In this document: positions 28,923 through 44,220 of the stretch, one piece after another
How positions within the stretch are numbered: the first letter of the stretch is position 1
Layout: each line of letters starts with the position of its first letter
From: Octopus vulgaris
Lineage: Eukaryota
Assembly: GCA_951406725.2 (NCBI GenBank)
Contig: OX597816.1
Location: 80,972,001-81,036,000 of the forward strand
Reading direction: 5' to 3'
DNA: 64,000 nucleotides
The notes under the pieces: generated by a model
Database searches by the model: none
What the model was told of the DNA's origin: nothing
The model's input: only the letters and a program-made list of their open reading frames with translations
Made by a program: the position numbers and the translations under genes

Positions 28923-29632
28923 CGACATACATATATACAAACATACACACACACATACATACATACATACATACATACATACACAAATACATACATACAT
29001 ACATACATACATACATACATACATACATACACACACACACATCCTCCATCATTTCCAAATGAACAATACTGAAATATTATAAATCACCAGCAACCAGCAA
29101 AATTGTGTAATACAAGGTCGATTCTTGCCGGAGAAACTTCACTCCACACTTCCATCTACCTGCAAATTTTGGTAGCAGTGAAGTAACCTATAGCAAATCG
29201 GGATGATACAGAACTGGATCTGCCGAGCTGATTTGATCTAACCTGATGGAAATTAGATCCCAACTTAATCCTTTTCATTTCAGGTCTTAAAACTTGATGG
29301 TGGTCAATAAAACCTAACAGGTTGATCTGACCTAATGATGCAAAATCCGATCTCTGTTGGAAACATTTTCTTTGTTTTTCGCTGTAGCTGCAATTTTACG
29401 AGAGAAACCAATTAGCCAACAGACATATGAGATAGAGGATAACGGATTCGATTTTCCTAGTTGATGCCATCTAACCTAACATTTATTTGAACATAGAACA
29501 AAATGCAACCTTTCGCTAAGAGCAGTCAAGCGCCTCCTTATTGTTACACAATATTTTTATCTGGTTTTCGATTTGAATGCAAATATTATTGTAAATAAAT
29601 ATTGTAAATGCATTATTTTGTTATGTATAGTA

Positions 29633-29708
<76 letters not shown>

Positions 29709-29931
29709 TAGTATGTATACTAGTGTGTTTGAGTGCCAGTGAAATTCTCTTAGGAAATCAATTAAAATAACATATCGTGATTTCTCGCATCTGACTTGAG
29801 AGCTACGACAAGATTCTGTGACATTCATACTTTTGTTTTTTCATCTCTATTAGCCTAAAAAGTGTGAATTGTTTCTGACTCGGACATTACTCACTAAGTA
29901 CTTATGTTCAGTACTTATGTTCAGAAAACTG

Positions 29932-29950
29932 TTACTACTACTACTACTAC

Positions 29951-30007
<57 letters not shown>

Positions 30008-30023
30008 TGATGATGATGATGAC

Positions 30024-30065
<42 letters not shown>

Positions 30066-30091
30066 AATAATAATAATAATAATAATAATAC
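29932..30091. repeat. Compound trinucleotide repeat (ACT)n-(AAT)n-(GAT)n-(AAT)n
   Basis: Directly visible. Confidence 0.95.
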
Positions 30092-30275
30092 AGCTGTGGA
30101 AAAAACATAGCTAGATAAATAAACACTTTATTTGATTGTCTACAGTTAGCTGGTGCAAATCACACTGACACATAATTACTTATACACATACACACGTACA
30201 TTCACATACAATACTATATATATATATATATATATATATATCTGTGTGAACGTGTGTACACTACATACATATACA

Positions 30276-30326
<51 letters not shown>

Positions 30327-30772
30327 GTATACATATATATGTATGTATGTATGTCGGTGTAAACAAATATACTCATAATTATGAAAGACACCGAAAACAA
30401 ACATGAAAGGTAAACAGTTGTACACAATAAGAAAAACTTATGAGACATTTAAAATTAGACAACGTAAGCAATAAAAAAATGAACAATTTAATTTCTAAGT
30501 TGTCTGCGAGAACATTCCTGATTTAAGAGTAAAGGAAAAATAAGAGAAATGATTAAGAAGTATAGTTGAAACAGAAAGCTAGAAGAAAATAGAGAAAGAA
30601 ATTCTCGGAAGAAATGTGGAAACAATTTTTAAAACAATAAATAAGTACTTTTCTTCTTTAGTTATTTTTTAAAATTATTGAAAAATGGATGTTCTCCTAA
30701 ATAAAAGAAAAGTCAAGGACAACGCAGGAAATCAGAAAATGTAGAAAGGGAAAGTTAAGTAGAATGGAAAAA

Positions 30773-30840
30773 AAGAAGAAGAAGAAGAAGAAGAAGAAGA
30801 AGAAGAAGAAGAAGAAGAAGAAGAAGAAGAAGAAGAAGAA
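30773..30840. repeat. (GAA)n microsatellite
   Basis: Pure GAA run. Confidence 0.95.
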
Positions 30841-31261
30841 TGAAGATGGTGATGGAAGTGACACGTGACGTAATATGGCGAGAGAACCTCACTGGAAAGA
30901 AGAACATGCCTTGCAATTGTTAGTTAAATCCTTTTATGAACCCTTTAGTTTCTAAGTTCAATACTTGCTGGGACAGAATTTATCTACCATTCTTCTAAGG
31001 TTAAAAATATAGACACATTCCAAGTACGGTGATCGGATGCAATCAATTATATCTTACTTATTGGCAACTAACTTGTTCTTCAAACGTTCTGGATCTACCA
31101 AATGAAATGGAAAACTCATTTTCGAAAGGGTTTTTCTCTTTAAAATTTGGACGAAAAATGTTTCATTTTTAAACATTTTTTTCTTTTTTTTTCCTCTTTG
31201 TCAACATTCATGTATCAAAACGGCTACATGGAAAGACCACCTGACTCTAAACAAAATTAAC

Positions 31262-31590
31262 TTTTCTACAATAGGCACAATGCCTGACATTTTGAGGAGA
31301 GGTAGCTGGTCAATTACACTGACCCCAGTACTCAACTTGTGCTTATTTCATTGACGTCAAAAGGATGAAAAGCAAAGTTGACAACGGCGGATTTTGAATT
31401 CAGAACGCAAAGACGGACAAAATGCTGCTAAATCTTTTATCCGGCGTGCTAATGACTCTGCCTGCTCACCACTCTTTCGACCTATGAATGATGAAAGGCA
31501 AAGGTGAGAGGGATTTGAACTCAGAAAGTAAACGAACGCGATTCAATACGATATTTGTACTTCGTCTAACACTCTACCCATTCTGCCGCA
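31262..31590 (-). mobile_element. SINE family B copy followed by a second, older partial copy
   Basis: TTCTACAATAGGCACAATGCCTG...GACCCCAGTACTCAAC...GGATGAAAAGCAAAGTTGAC...CCGGCGTGCTAATGACTCTGCCTGCTCACC; a second GATGAAAGGCAAAG...GATTTGAACTCAGAA from ~31480. Confidence 0.75.
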
Positions 31591-31909
31591 CTTTATTTTC
31601 TTACAATTGAAGAGACTTTTCTCTCAACTAAAGAATGAATAATTAAATAAGAAATTAATAAGTACTAAAAACATTAAAGTGACAAAAAAAATGACAACCA
31701 ATTAACGATTGCAATCTCAGCAAATAGAGTTTTCGGTGGGGATAGATATTTTCATCTATTTACTGTCTTTTTTTGTGGGGGGTGGGTGTTCATAGTTTTA
31801 CCCAATTTAAACATTGTGTTGCTTTCCTTTGTTTTTCAGTTTGCTTTGTTTTTATTTTTTTGTTTTTTGTATGTAGGTGTGTTTTTATTGAAATTATATT
31901 ATTGCAATA

Positions 31910-31960
<51 letters not shown>

Positions 31961-32034
31961 CGGCAGCACCAGCAACAGGAGCAGCGGTAGTAGATGGTTT
32001 TGGATAGATGAGTTGTATTTAGTTGTTCATGTCG

Positions 32035-32230
32035 TTTAACCCTAGAATAGTTTTCACTGAACAGATCAATGGTCAAAGACATTTCAACCGTGACCGTCCC
32101 GACTGTTTTCCTATATACAGGGGACCCAGGATTACATTACTCAACATCCTCTTTCCTAATAGAAAAGGTTGTGATTCGTGGCAGGTTTCGTGACATTTCT
32201 AGCAGATCGAACGACTAAATAGTTGTCCTC
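32035..32230 (+). repeat. Old dispersed repeat, unclassified (related pieces near 24850-24990, 46470-46640, 54960-55050 on +; 40710-40880, 42720-42850, 63120-63300 on -)
   Basis: Shared degenerate motifs TCAAAG(G/A)CATT(T/C)CA, GGA(T/C)TACATTA and ATTTCTAGCAG seen by eye across these loci. Confidence 0.45.
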
Positions 32231-32571
32231 GTAGGGTTTTGTGTGGTAGGTGGTTAGTGGTGGTGGAAAGTGATTTCGAGTGGATGTATTGGACGGAATC
32301 GATAACACGTCCAGGTGTCAGCGTAAATGATAAGTGTTCACTTCTAAGGATGAAAAATGAAAGAAAGTCAGAAAGAAAAAAAGACCAAACAAAAAATTTG
32401 AATCAAGCAAGCAAAAAAATAGCAATCGAAATCCTGTGCATTTCTAATATGGGGTAACTAATAAATTATTTGTTAGAGGCAATGTGTCTGGTGATTAGTG
32501 TGCGTTTACGCACGAGTGGTTAAGAGTGTTTGAATGAGTGGACGTGCAGGTAAATTAAAGACTTTAATAAT

Positions 32572-32784
32572 CCTTTCTACGGAGGCACAAGGCCTCAAAT
32601 TTGGTGGGAGGGGCCTAGTCGATTACATCGACCTCAGTGTTTCACTGGTACTTAATTTATTGACCCCGAAAGGATGAAAGACAAAGTCGACCTCGGCGGA
32701 ATTTGAACGCAGAACGTAGAGGCAGACGAAATACCGCTAAGCATTTCGCCCAGCGTGCTAACGACTCTGCCAGCTCGCTGCCTT
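32572..32784 (-). mobile_element. Full-length tRNA-derived SINE, family B, with 18-bp TSD
   Basis: Minus-strand head AAGGCAGCGAGCTGGCAGAGTCGTTAGC...GTTCAAATTCCGCCGAGGTCGAC (B box). TSD ATTAAAGA(C/G)TTTAATAAT at 32554-32571 and 32785-32802. Confidence 0.92.
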
Positions 32785-32949
32785 ATTAAAGAGTTTAATA
32801 ATGACATGGTAGAGAGGTAGAAGAGATATTCGAAGATATGAACTTGCAGTTAGCTAGATAGATGGGTCGAAGGACAGTGAAGAAAGGATGTATCGCAACC
32901 GAAAGAAAAATCTCACTCCAAGAACTATGAGAACACACACACACAAACA

Positions 32950-33030
<81 letters not shown>

Positions 33031-33040
<10 letters not shown>

Positions 33041-33164
33041 TATTAGAGACAAAACCACTATTTTTTAATTATATTTAATTTATATAAAATTTTTTATGTA
33101 TTGGCTTAGGTCTTTCTTTGTTTGATTTGCATAATAGTGGTTTTGTCTCTAATAATATAATATA
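33031..33164. repeat. Perfect 32-bp inverted repeat, 70-bp spacer, between (TA)n runs
   Basis: TATATTATATTATTAGAGACAAAACCACTATT (33031-33062) is the reverse complement of 33133-33164. Confidence 0.9.
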
Positions 33165-33723
33165 ATATTTTACTATAAAATTGGATTCAATCCTAAATCT
33201 GATTTTTCCCTGTAAATTTGGATTTATTCCCTAATATTTATTATTATATATATATATATATATATATATGAAATGAATGCAAATGATGAAAATACGTAAC
33301 TAGCGAAAATATATCGATATAATTCAACTTGTGTTTTCAGCGTGAAATTCCCCCCCACACACACACACACACACAATTCTTTGTGTTTTGTGTCAGCCTT
33401 CTATAAAGCTGATAGAACGGTGGGGTTAAAACTGCACGCTCAAATAAGTCAAAAATCCCTATAAAAGACAGTTCCCTATTGAGCAATTTAATTTGCATTA
33501 AATTGCAAAATATTGTCATTTTCACTTAAGCATTGTGCATAGAAGTCTTAGAATATAGCTGAAACTTACGTTTTTATGGTTTCTGTCGAAAACTGATAAA
33601 CGTTTGGCTTCTGGAGAAGTGTTATCAGATAAGGTTACGAAAGTGACAAATGCATACACAACGGTGACGAGCCACCAGACTTGTCTGGGAAATTATTACC
33701 ATAGTCGCCTACACAACACACAC

Positions 33724-33764
<41 letters not shown>

Positions 33765-34477
33765 TAGAAAGAAGGCATATACATTTATCCATACATATTT
33801 CTGTTTAGATCTCTCTCTATCTTTCTCTCCCTCTCTCTCTTTCGCTCAATCGCTTTAGCTGTGTCTCAAATGTGTTTGTCTGTTTAGAGAAAGTGGGATG
33901 TAGGCGGAATGAGAAATAAAATGAGATACGACAAATTATCACAGTTTGAATGCAGAACTAAAGAAAAACTATTTTAAAAGGATGAAGATATATTCATCTG
34001 TAATTATCGATTTCTTACACGAATGCAATGCCTCAAATATGACGGTTAGATTCAACCGAATTAGATCGATTCGCAGAATTCATCTGGTACATATCTATCG
34101 ACCCCAGAAGCATGAGAGAAAGCGTCGGCTTTGAAGAGATTTGAACACATAGAGTTAAGCATGCAACTAAAATATTGCAAACATTTTAACTGCCATTCTA
34201 TCGATTCATTGCTCACAACACCCACATAATTTATTCTATTTATTCATCGACACACAGGTGCAGAAAAATACAATTATTTGAACTTTCAGGGATCAGAAAG
34301 ATTCATCAATGGGTGTTCATCTCATTGAATACTTAATGGGAGAGTGACGATTATTTTGTCCCCAATAATGAAGAGTTATTTATTTTATCGTGGAAATTTT
34401 TGAATTTAGTATATTATATTTCGTATCTTGCAGTGCACTATTATTATATTTTGCATCTTCAAGTACACTAACAATAA

Positions 34478-34870
34478 TAATGGTTCTAAATTTTGGCTGA
34501 AGGCCAGCAATCTCTGGGGAGGTGGCAGGCAGGTCGATTACATTGACTCCAGGGTTCAACTGGTACTCATTTTATAGACCCCGATAGGATGAAAAACAAA
34601 GTCGATGTCGGTGAAATTCTAACTCATAAAGTAAAAACCGACGAAATGGCGCTAAGCATACACTCGAATGATCCCCACCGCCAAAACGACTTTTTCCTCC
34701 ATTATCCCTAAAGTAGATATTACTCAATTTATCAACACCAAAGGCTAAAGAAAAGAGAAGGCAATGCCCGCGAGATTTGAACTCAAATTCTAACTTAAAG
34801 ACCATGCCGTAAATAAATACCGCAAGCAATTTTACCACCGCTCTAACGATTCTGCGATTCAATCCCCCAC
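34478..34870 (-). mobile_element. Two tandem diverged SINE family B fragments
   Basis: GTCGATTACATTGACTCCAGGGTTCAACTGGTACT...GGATGAAAAACAAAGTCGA; a second GAGATTTGAACTCA...CTCTAACGATTCTG at ~34770-34860. Confidence 0.7.
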
Positions 34871-35692
34871 CTTCGTCAATAACACGAACGTAATAATATA
34901 ACTAAAAGCTGGAAGGCAGGATCTTACCTCTAGTCAAACAAGTCAACCTAATTTATATTGCAATTAAGTATAATTTCTGAATTAATTTATCGTGAATAAT
35001 GTAATAAGACAGTGGAAGAAAAGCATCGTTTAAAGACCCATTACAACAAATGAGGTGATGGTGGTAGGGAAGTTAAGTGAAATATAGTAAAATACGGAAA
35101 TACGATAAGCAAATCGGTAATTTAGCATCAACTATTGAATTTTTATATAAAATTGGTGAGCGATTTAATGGTTGCGTAGCAAGGAGAACGGAACACTGCG
35201 AGGAATATATATCTGACATATCTGTGTGTGTGAAATTGTGTTCAATGTGTGTGTGTGTGTACAAGAATTTATACATAAATATATTTACACATACACTTAC
35301 GTATAGACACGCACATATATTTCTATAAAAATATGTATGCGTGAAAGTGTGTACATGTGTGTATAACACAAAGATACATACAAACATACAAACGTACATA
35401 CACATTAGAGTGTCTTGATTCATTAAACTAGACACAATATCAGAGGGAAACCATGCATGTACCGTTGATTCTTCAAGCGTTAAAAACATAGATACATCAT
35501 TCTTTTCCCTATTGCTTTGTTTAGAATTTTTCTGGAAATGCGTAAATAATTTACAACTGACAGGTTACCAATAGTTACAAAATTTTTTAAAGAATACCTT
35601 AGCACGTTTTATCCTTACAAAATGTGTGTATGCTGGTGTGTTTGTGTGTAGGTATGACACACACACATATATACAAAGACATGTGCATACGT

Positions 35693-36478
<786 letters not shown>

Positions 36479-37106
36479 TTCTTACTGTTGCTCGCTGATT
36501 TATTTCTGCTCAGGAAATGGTGACATATTTAGGAAAAGAAGAAATCAAGTTAAAATTTTATTATTACATTCTGGATATTTTTTCTACCTTTCCTTTCAGA
36601 TTTCTTATTCAAATAAACATGCACAATTTTTAAAAGGATATTCTACGATATTACTTGTTTGCTATTTAAGATCCTAACTGAAATCGTTTACTAGAAATAT
36701 TTTCTAAATGCGGAAGATGTTTGTTAAAAGTAAAAAGAAAAGCAAGCAAACACACAAAAAAGGATAAAATAGTAATGATAATTTCCTTTTTTTTTTTCTT
36801 GAACTTTTCACTTAAGAAGCAATTTTGAAGAGCTTTCTCTGTATTTCTTTCAATTTCTCATGAAGCAATATAATTGAAACGTTCCGAATTCTCGTAAGCG
36901 TATAAGCTAAACTATTGATCCTATAGTAAACGGATACTTCTAGAGCGTGACATCACAGCATTCAAGCTCCAATACTTGATGCCCACCAACACAACTTCGC
37001 TTCATATTGTAGATATTGTATACATATAAACACTATTTATCTATATCTATAGTTATCAAGATAGATAGACAGACAGACAGATAGATAGTTAGCTTGATAG
37101 ATAGAC

Positions 37107-37183
<77 letters not shown>

Positions 37184-37199
37184 CGTATTTAAATTAGTT

Positions 37200-37365
37200 C
37201 CCTTTTAGCTTTTTGAAGTCATTGGGCTGCAGCCATGCTGGAACAATGCCTTGAAGGGTGTAGTTGAACAAATCAACCCCAGTAGTTATATCTAGATCTG
37301 ATTCTTATTCTATCGCTCTCGTTTACCGAATCGCCATGTTACGTGGACGGAAAAAATCAAACACA
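37200..37365 (-). mobile_element. Diverged SINE family A-related 3' half
   Basis: GTCATTGGGCTGCAGCCATGCTGGAACA...AAATCAACCCCAG...CTTATTCTATCG...GTTACGTGGACG. Confidence 0.7.
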
Positions 37366-37675
37366 CACACAGATGCACATTCATACACACATACACACAC
37401 ATATATATATTAATATTTTAAGAAGAATATTAACGCGCGCGCGCAAATAACTAAACATACTCTCATCTACTCAGTCTGTTAAAGTGTCTCAACCGGTCAA
37501 CATGTAACTTCCTTAAAGTCCATTCGCCCTAATAATATTACACTCAAAATCTGCAAGTGAGTCTGAAACGAAACAATTGTAGGCAATGTTAATTCATTAA
37601 TTTTATCCATTAAATCTCTTCATTTTCTTGCTTAATAATACAATATATGTATACGTACATCTATATATGTGTGTG

Positions 37676-37738
37676 TATAAAATTTAAAGGACTGACCACT
37701 AAAAGGTGAACAGAATGGTCAGTCCTTTAAATTTTGTA
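37676..37738. repeat. Short hairpin: 20-bp perfect stem, 17-nt loop
   Basis: AAAATTTAAAGGACTGACCA (37679-37698) / TGGTCAGTCCTTTAAATTTT (37716-37735). Confidence 0.88.
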
Positions 37739-37893
37739 TGTAAAAAAAGATTTTAATCTTCGGATTTTTTAAAATATGCTAGGCCACTGGTTTTAATTGA
37801 TTAATATCAATTTCTACCCTTATTCAATATGTGTGTGTATATGTAGATATATGTATACACACACACTCACACACACATACACATACACACACA

Positions 37894-37940
<47 letters not shown>

Positions 37941-40314
37941 CGGAGATGTACTTGCATAGCAAGTGACTTGGTGTGCTGAAACAAAAACAATTGCAGCGTG
38001 GAAGATGTTTGTAATCCATTTAAGAACACACAAAAAAAATCGTTAGATTCACTTCAACATTAACATTTCATTTGTGTCAAAATATTTTCAACGCTAGCAC
38101 GAAATTTTGTAAGTGAACAGGTCGCGGTTTCATAGCTGTTCTTTTATGCTGCTTACTGCGTCTTTGTATATTCTTACTTCCACAGCTTACCCACTGTTTA
38201 TTCGTCTGTTCTGGTTTTCCTCCGCCATATTTCCTCTTTGACAATTCCAATCGTTCTTCACTCTGTTATCTTTGCATTGGTGCTTCATTTCAAGCTTACT
38301 ACATTCACTTCCTGTATACGTTTCCAAGGAACACTTCATTTTTCTTTTTGTTATTTGCACATGGTTGTCCCACAATTCCGCACTCCGTGCTTCTTTTCAG
38401 CTTATACGAACATATACTTCGGATTTTCTTTTTGTTTTCATTTCTTTATCTCCATAACTTATTTTTCAAATTTTTCAATCTCCTCGATTCTAATACATAT
38501 TTCGAAAACTATACATAACTGTCTGTTGTTTGTTATATCGATTTACTTGTATTATATTCAAATATAACAAATAAAATATGTATGCTACACACTAGTCTGG
38601 TGAGGAGTCAATTCGTTGACCTTTCACTAATCAGATGCACATCCCAAGATGATGACGACGGCAACATCAACAACGACGATGATGACAGCAACAACGATGA
38701 TTATAATAAATGCTAACTAAAAACTTGAAAATTATTATCATTACTTAAATACTTGCCACGTAAGAGAAAATGATTGAAAGTTAAAATTTTATAAAGCATA
38801 TGATAATATGTTAAAATATATGAAGTCTCTTATGTAGCCAATAAACAAATGTTGCATATTTTAAATGTATGAATAATTATGGTAAGTTTTCTAAAATTAC
38901 ATTTTGTATCGTCCATATTTTATATTATCTTTTTATAAATTATCCTTCACAGTAAAGAACTGTGTTTATATGCATTAAATATTTGTGTGTGTATGTGTGT
39001 GTGGGTGTCTATGTGTGGGTGTACTGATTTATGTAAAAGTACATAAATAAAAATGTGTATCTATGTAGGCGATTTCGTATATTTTTATCTACTTGTAGAT
39101 GCAAATCTTTACAGAAATATGCATTGTCTACAAGTTTATTTGGATAACATTGATCTAGTTATGCAGTTAAATGTATGCATTTGTCTATATTTAAATATCT
39201 ATACATGTATATTTATAAATAGTCCAATTAGAAACACAGTATACTCCAACAAATAATTTAGCAATAATACATTTCTGCAGTAGCAGCACGGTACTATTAC
39301 TTTAAATAATTTAGCGTTACAAAATTTATATCAATCCCATTCGGTGGGAAATTTCTTAAAAGTAAGTTTCAGCATCATTACGTTTGACCTCTCTCTGACA
39401 TACCTACATTCTGTTACAAATCGAAACGGTATTTTCTATAATCACTGCCAACCTATATACCAAGTAACTTACGTTTGTTGAAAATTTTCTTGATTAGTCA
39501 TAAGAAATCTTTCAACCAACACATATTGTGACCTGAACATGACATATGTTCCACATGAACTCGTATACAAGTTTATTTATAATACCTTGCTTTACAGATA
39601 ATTTCAAGCTTCTTGATCAAACCAGAAACAGTCTTCATTATCCCTTGCTCATCACTCACATCTTACAAATATGCTTCCTTTTGCCTTTCTCCATCACGGC
39701 CTCCTACATAACTGCGTTTCTTTTCTGCCTACAAACTATGTTGTACTCCGATAGAACACTGTTATATATAAGAAATTTACAGAAACCTGTGGGATAAAGG
39801 TATCGGACAGGCAAAATTTATAAAAGTTTCTTGTCCTATCGTTGGTACAGAAGACTATAATCATAAACAAAAACTTTGAGCTCTCAAGGTAAGTCCTCCT
39901 GCAAGTAATCAGTTAGATAAAGTGCATTCCGGAATTCAGGTCTCCTTATTTTCTGGTAATGACAAATCCCATAAACCCGATTTCGACTACTATCGACATT
40001 GTTTTTCTTCATGTAGTGTATTTATGGTCAGTTAGTCTCTTGATAGTATCCGTTCCCCAAGATACAAATTTATAATCACAGATAAAGATAAACAGAGCAC
40101 TAAGGAAACACAAGACAGTGTCTTGTGGTGCTGATGACACAAATAAGTCGTTCCTAATCAGCGATATATGCGAGTCAAGTGCTTTAGTCATGCATACAAC
40201 ATACTATCGCTGACAATATACTAACTATCCGGCTCTATCAATCTGATGAACCTCTCTCTCACGGACCAGAAGGATGAAACATAGGATCTTCTCAATATAT
40301 TATACCGCTCTCCC

Positions 40315-40695
40315 TAGCAACAATTTCACCATTAACAACACCATCACTAACAATATTATCAACACCAGTTCCTACATCACCAACAAGAAAACCACTAACA
40401 CCCAACATCACTAACACTAGTAATACCGACCAATATTTTACCAATAGCCACCAACGTCAACAAGGACAACAACCCAACACAGCCAAAACCAACACTTAAA
40501 CCACCAACAATGGCATCAAACAAACATTGCTAATACAATTACCAACAACATCATTAACACCATCGATACCAACTGCACATACACCAACACAACCACCAAC
40601 AACTCCACAACCAACAATCCTATCACCAATAACACAACCATCAACATTTCCACTAATGCCATCACTACCATCAACGCCACCACCACTAACACCAA
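40315..40695. repeat. Degenerate (ACC/AAC/ATC)n low-complexity tract
   Basis: C/A-rich trinucleotide periodicity; gives the spurious P/T-rich and G/V-rich ORFs. Confidence 0.85.
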
Positions 40696-41066
40696 AGAGG
40701 CGAGCCAACGAAGGTGTGTACGCTAGCAACCACGTCTCTTCCAAATTACTTCATACTCTCTGTAGAAAGGATGATCACATTGTAGAATGGAAATTTAAAT
40801 ATACAAAAAAAATCCCCTATATCCCAACAGATAGAACGAACGTGATCGTAGGTCAGCTCGATCTAGGTTGACCTGGGTGGGGGAGGCTCAGCAACAGCAA
40901 CAAAAACAACAACAGCAGTAGAAACTACCATCGCAACAACAAGAGGCATTAGCATCCTTAAGATCATCAAGGGATAAGGCTAACCCATGACATCTTCAAT
41001 GATATTAACTGTCAGACTACCACGGCAACAACAACTACACCAATAACCACTACACAACTACAACAG

Positions 41067-41120
<54 letters not shown>

Positions 41121-41384
41121 AACACAGCAATAAAAACAACTGCAATGTCAACAACAAAATATAGTTGTTAAAAGTTAGAAAGAAGTTAAACAATGGCGTG
41201 ACATTTGCAGTTTTCTGAACAATAGATTATTTGGTAGCCTCTTCCCACTGCCTCAATCCAGAAATGATGAAATGTCCTTGAAAATACCAGAATACCAAGT
41301 TTTCACTATAGCTTCAGAGAGCCTTGCATGGGTATCTGTGTGTATATTTATGTATGTATATACATATATGTGAGGAGAAATAAG

Positions 41385-41421
<37 letters not shown>

Positions 41422-41708
41422 CAATCAAGTCAACATATCTCACTCTCCCACCTTCTCTTCATATACATATATATGTGTGTGTGTGTGTGTATTATCCCCT
41501 TAGAGACAGACGAAAGAGAGTAATAATGAAATAGAAAAATAGAGATTTGACAATGTATGGCAGCGGAGGAGATGTATGTGTGCGGGTGGCTGTTCCCGTT
41601 TGTTCCATTCTGTACGTCTTTTATATTTGCATCATTTCTGCCTAACCCTAAAATTATCTTTAATTTCCATTTTAGCAAATGTTTCCAAAATTTTATTGTT
41701 GATTGTAT

Positions 41709-41769
<61 letters not shown>

Positions 41770-43087
41770 TCTGTTTGTATGTGTGTGTATATATATATGG
41801 CAATGGAAATTGTTGCTAAAACGCTTTTTTTTTACGGTTCTTCTTTCTTAAATAATAGTCTGGAATCAAAAAGATTCATCATTTAAATATAAAACTTTTT
41901 AAAAATGTGACATGAAAATATAATAAACCACTTTTAGAATGATGTAATGTGTTCATTTCAACAGCAAGAGCAACACTTTTTAGATAATTATAGTACATTA
42001 TCAAAGAATTTGAATTAGTCATAATTATAGTTTTTCAGTAAAGTATATATACAGTGCGTTTATTGAAAATAACTTAGGAATATTATTATTACTTCCATCA
42101 TCATCATCCTTATCAACGTCATTATGATTATTTATTATTATTATTATTTGTCGATTTGTGGGGGACGGTAAAGTTTCCATTGATTCGATATGAATGTAAT
42201 GCTAGCTAAACCATTATTCCTTGTCATTCATTTCGGAGTTCAACCTGCTGCAGATTCTGTGTAAGTTCTGAACATCACAACATCTCATCTCTCTCACATC
42301 TTCAGACAGTGGATGTAGTGTATATTTCATAGAGTATATCAATTTGATTCAATTCTGCTTCACATATCATTTTAGACTTTAGGGCTGCTTAGAAATAAAC
42401 GAATATTGTAAACTTTACAACGGTTTTGATATCGTATCTCGCAGTCACGAGTTCAAATCACATTGCTGCATTGACTATTTAACCACGATCTTTTCTAATC
42501 CTTCAAAAACAATTACCGGCAATATATATAGTTGGGTAATATTTTGCTGTTATGCCTATTTCCAGTGAACAGAAAACTGCCTTCTTATGAATGAATAACG
42601 GTTATTTATATTAAATGATGTTTAGTCTACAAAACGGTTTTGTTTCATAATTCTAAGCATTTCCCTTTACTGGTCTAGCTTACTGAACTGCGAAAATGAA
42701 GAAACCTTTGTGTTGTCATTCTATGTGCTATAAATAGCAGCCAACCCTCCGAGAAAGGGCAACATAATGTATTAAAAACGGAGAGGAGAGATAGGTAATT
42801 AATTAGTCCGAATTGTTTAAGAAAACCTTGTTTCTAACTAGACTTAAAAACTAATGCAGAATTGTACCGCTGCCCGTGAAACTATGGAATAATTGTACTA
42901 CTCCCGAATGAATGTGTTTGTATAAGGTTCTTTTGGAAAAAAACATATATGTATATATATATATATATACGGGCGGGATGTATACCGAAAGAGAGAAATT
43001 TAAATAGATAGATGCTCATTTGTAGGTGTGTGTGTATATCATGATGTATAAGTGACAAAAATCATAACATTTCCTTTGAACGGTCTC

Positions 43088-43292
43088 CGGTTCATTGATG
43101 GGTTCAAAGCAAGTAATTTTGAGGAGAGGGGGAGTCGATTACACCGCTCAAAATATTTGACAGGTGCTTTATTTTATCGACCCAGGAGGGATGAAAGGCA
43201 AAGTTGTCCACGGTGGGGTTTGAACTCGGAACGTAAAAAAACAGAACATGCCATTTAGCATTTTCTTTGACGTTTTAATGATACTGCCACCT
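43088..43292 (-). mobile_element. Diverged SINE family B
   Basis: AGTCGATTACACCG...TTATTTTATCGACCCAGGAGGGATGAAAGGCAAAGT...TTTGAACTCGGAACGTAA. Confidence 0.75.
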
Positions 43293-43587
43293 TCCGTCAT
43301 ATATATGCACGATTATGCACAAATATATAAATTGTTCCTCGATACATATATACATATTCATGTAATAATATGTTTATGCAGGTGTGCATATTTACAAAAT
43401 ACATTTCTATATTTTCTATTTCCTCAACTTTCTAGATATGTGTATGTATATGTATTAAAGGGATCACTGATGTGTATAAAACTTCCCCCACCTTTATAAA
43501 ATGCATATCTCCGTGTGCGCGTGTGCGCGCATATTTGCGTGTATTCACCCATGAATTATCTTCAAATGTATACATATGGTTACACAT

Positions 43588-43625
<38 letters not shown>

Positions 43626-43640
43626 TATATGAATATACGA

Positions 43641-43693
<53 letters not shown>

Positions 43694-44181
43694 TACATAC
43701 ATATTCATATAGATATACATATAAACACACACTCACACACATACATATTTGTGTGCAGTTGATGCATATTGATAGATAAGTAGATGGTATAGATAGATTG
43801 TACACACTTCGTTTTATTGTTTCACTAGAAAGCGCGCTGGAGAAGATAGAAAGGAAGCGAAAGAGATGCGTATACACACATATATGTACACACACATACA
43901 TATATATATAGAGAGAGTGTGTGTGTGTTAAATCGACTTTCGGTACATAGTTTTTATTGGAAAAAAGGAAGAGCAGCAGAAAGAGAGGGAGAGATAGATA
44001 GAAACAAATATACATTATCACAGAAAGCATCTCCACATTACAACAGATTGTCATTCATACAAAATTGCATATTCTCTATAACATTCTCTCGATATTGATT
44101 TGAAACAATTGGAACTGCCACATATTTCCCTAATACATTCTCACTCATCCTTCTTTTTCTCTTTTAACCTCTTTATCTCTT

Positions 44182-44220
<39 letters not shown>

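Noticed and set aside
29869-30114. Poly-T/N/D and poly-L/I/M ORFs
   Set aside because: Compound trinucleotide microsatellite.
40496-40871. Pro/Thr-rich mucin-like ORF and its Gly/Val-rich antisense ORF
   Set aside because: Degenerate ACC/AAC repeat running into a dispersed repeat; no splice or domain support.
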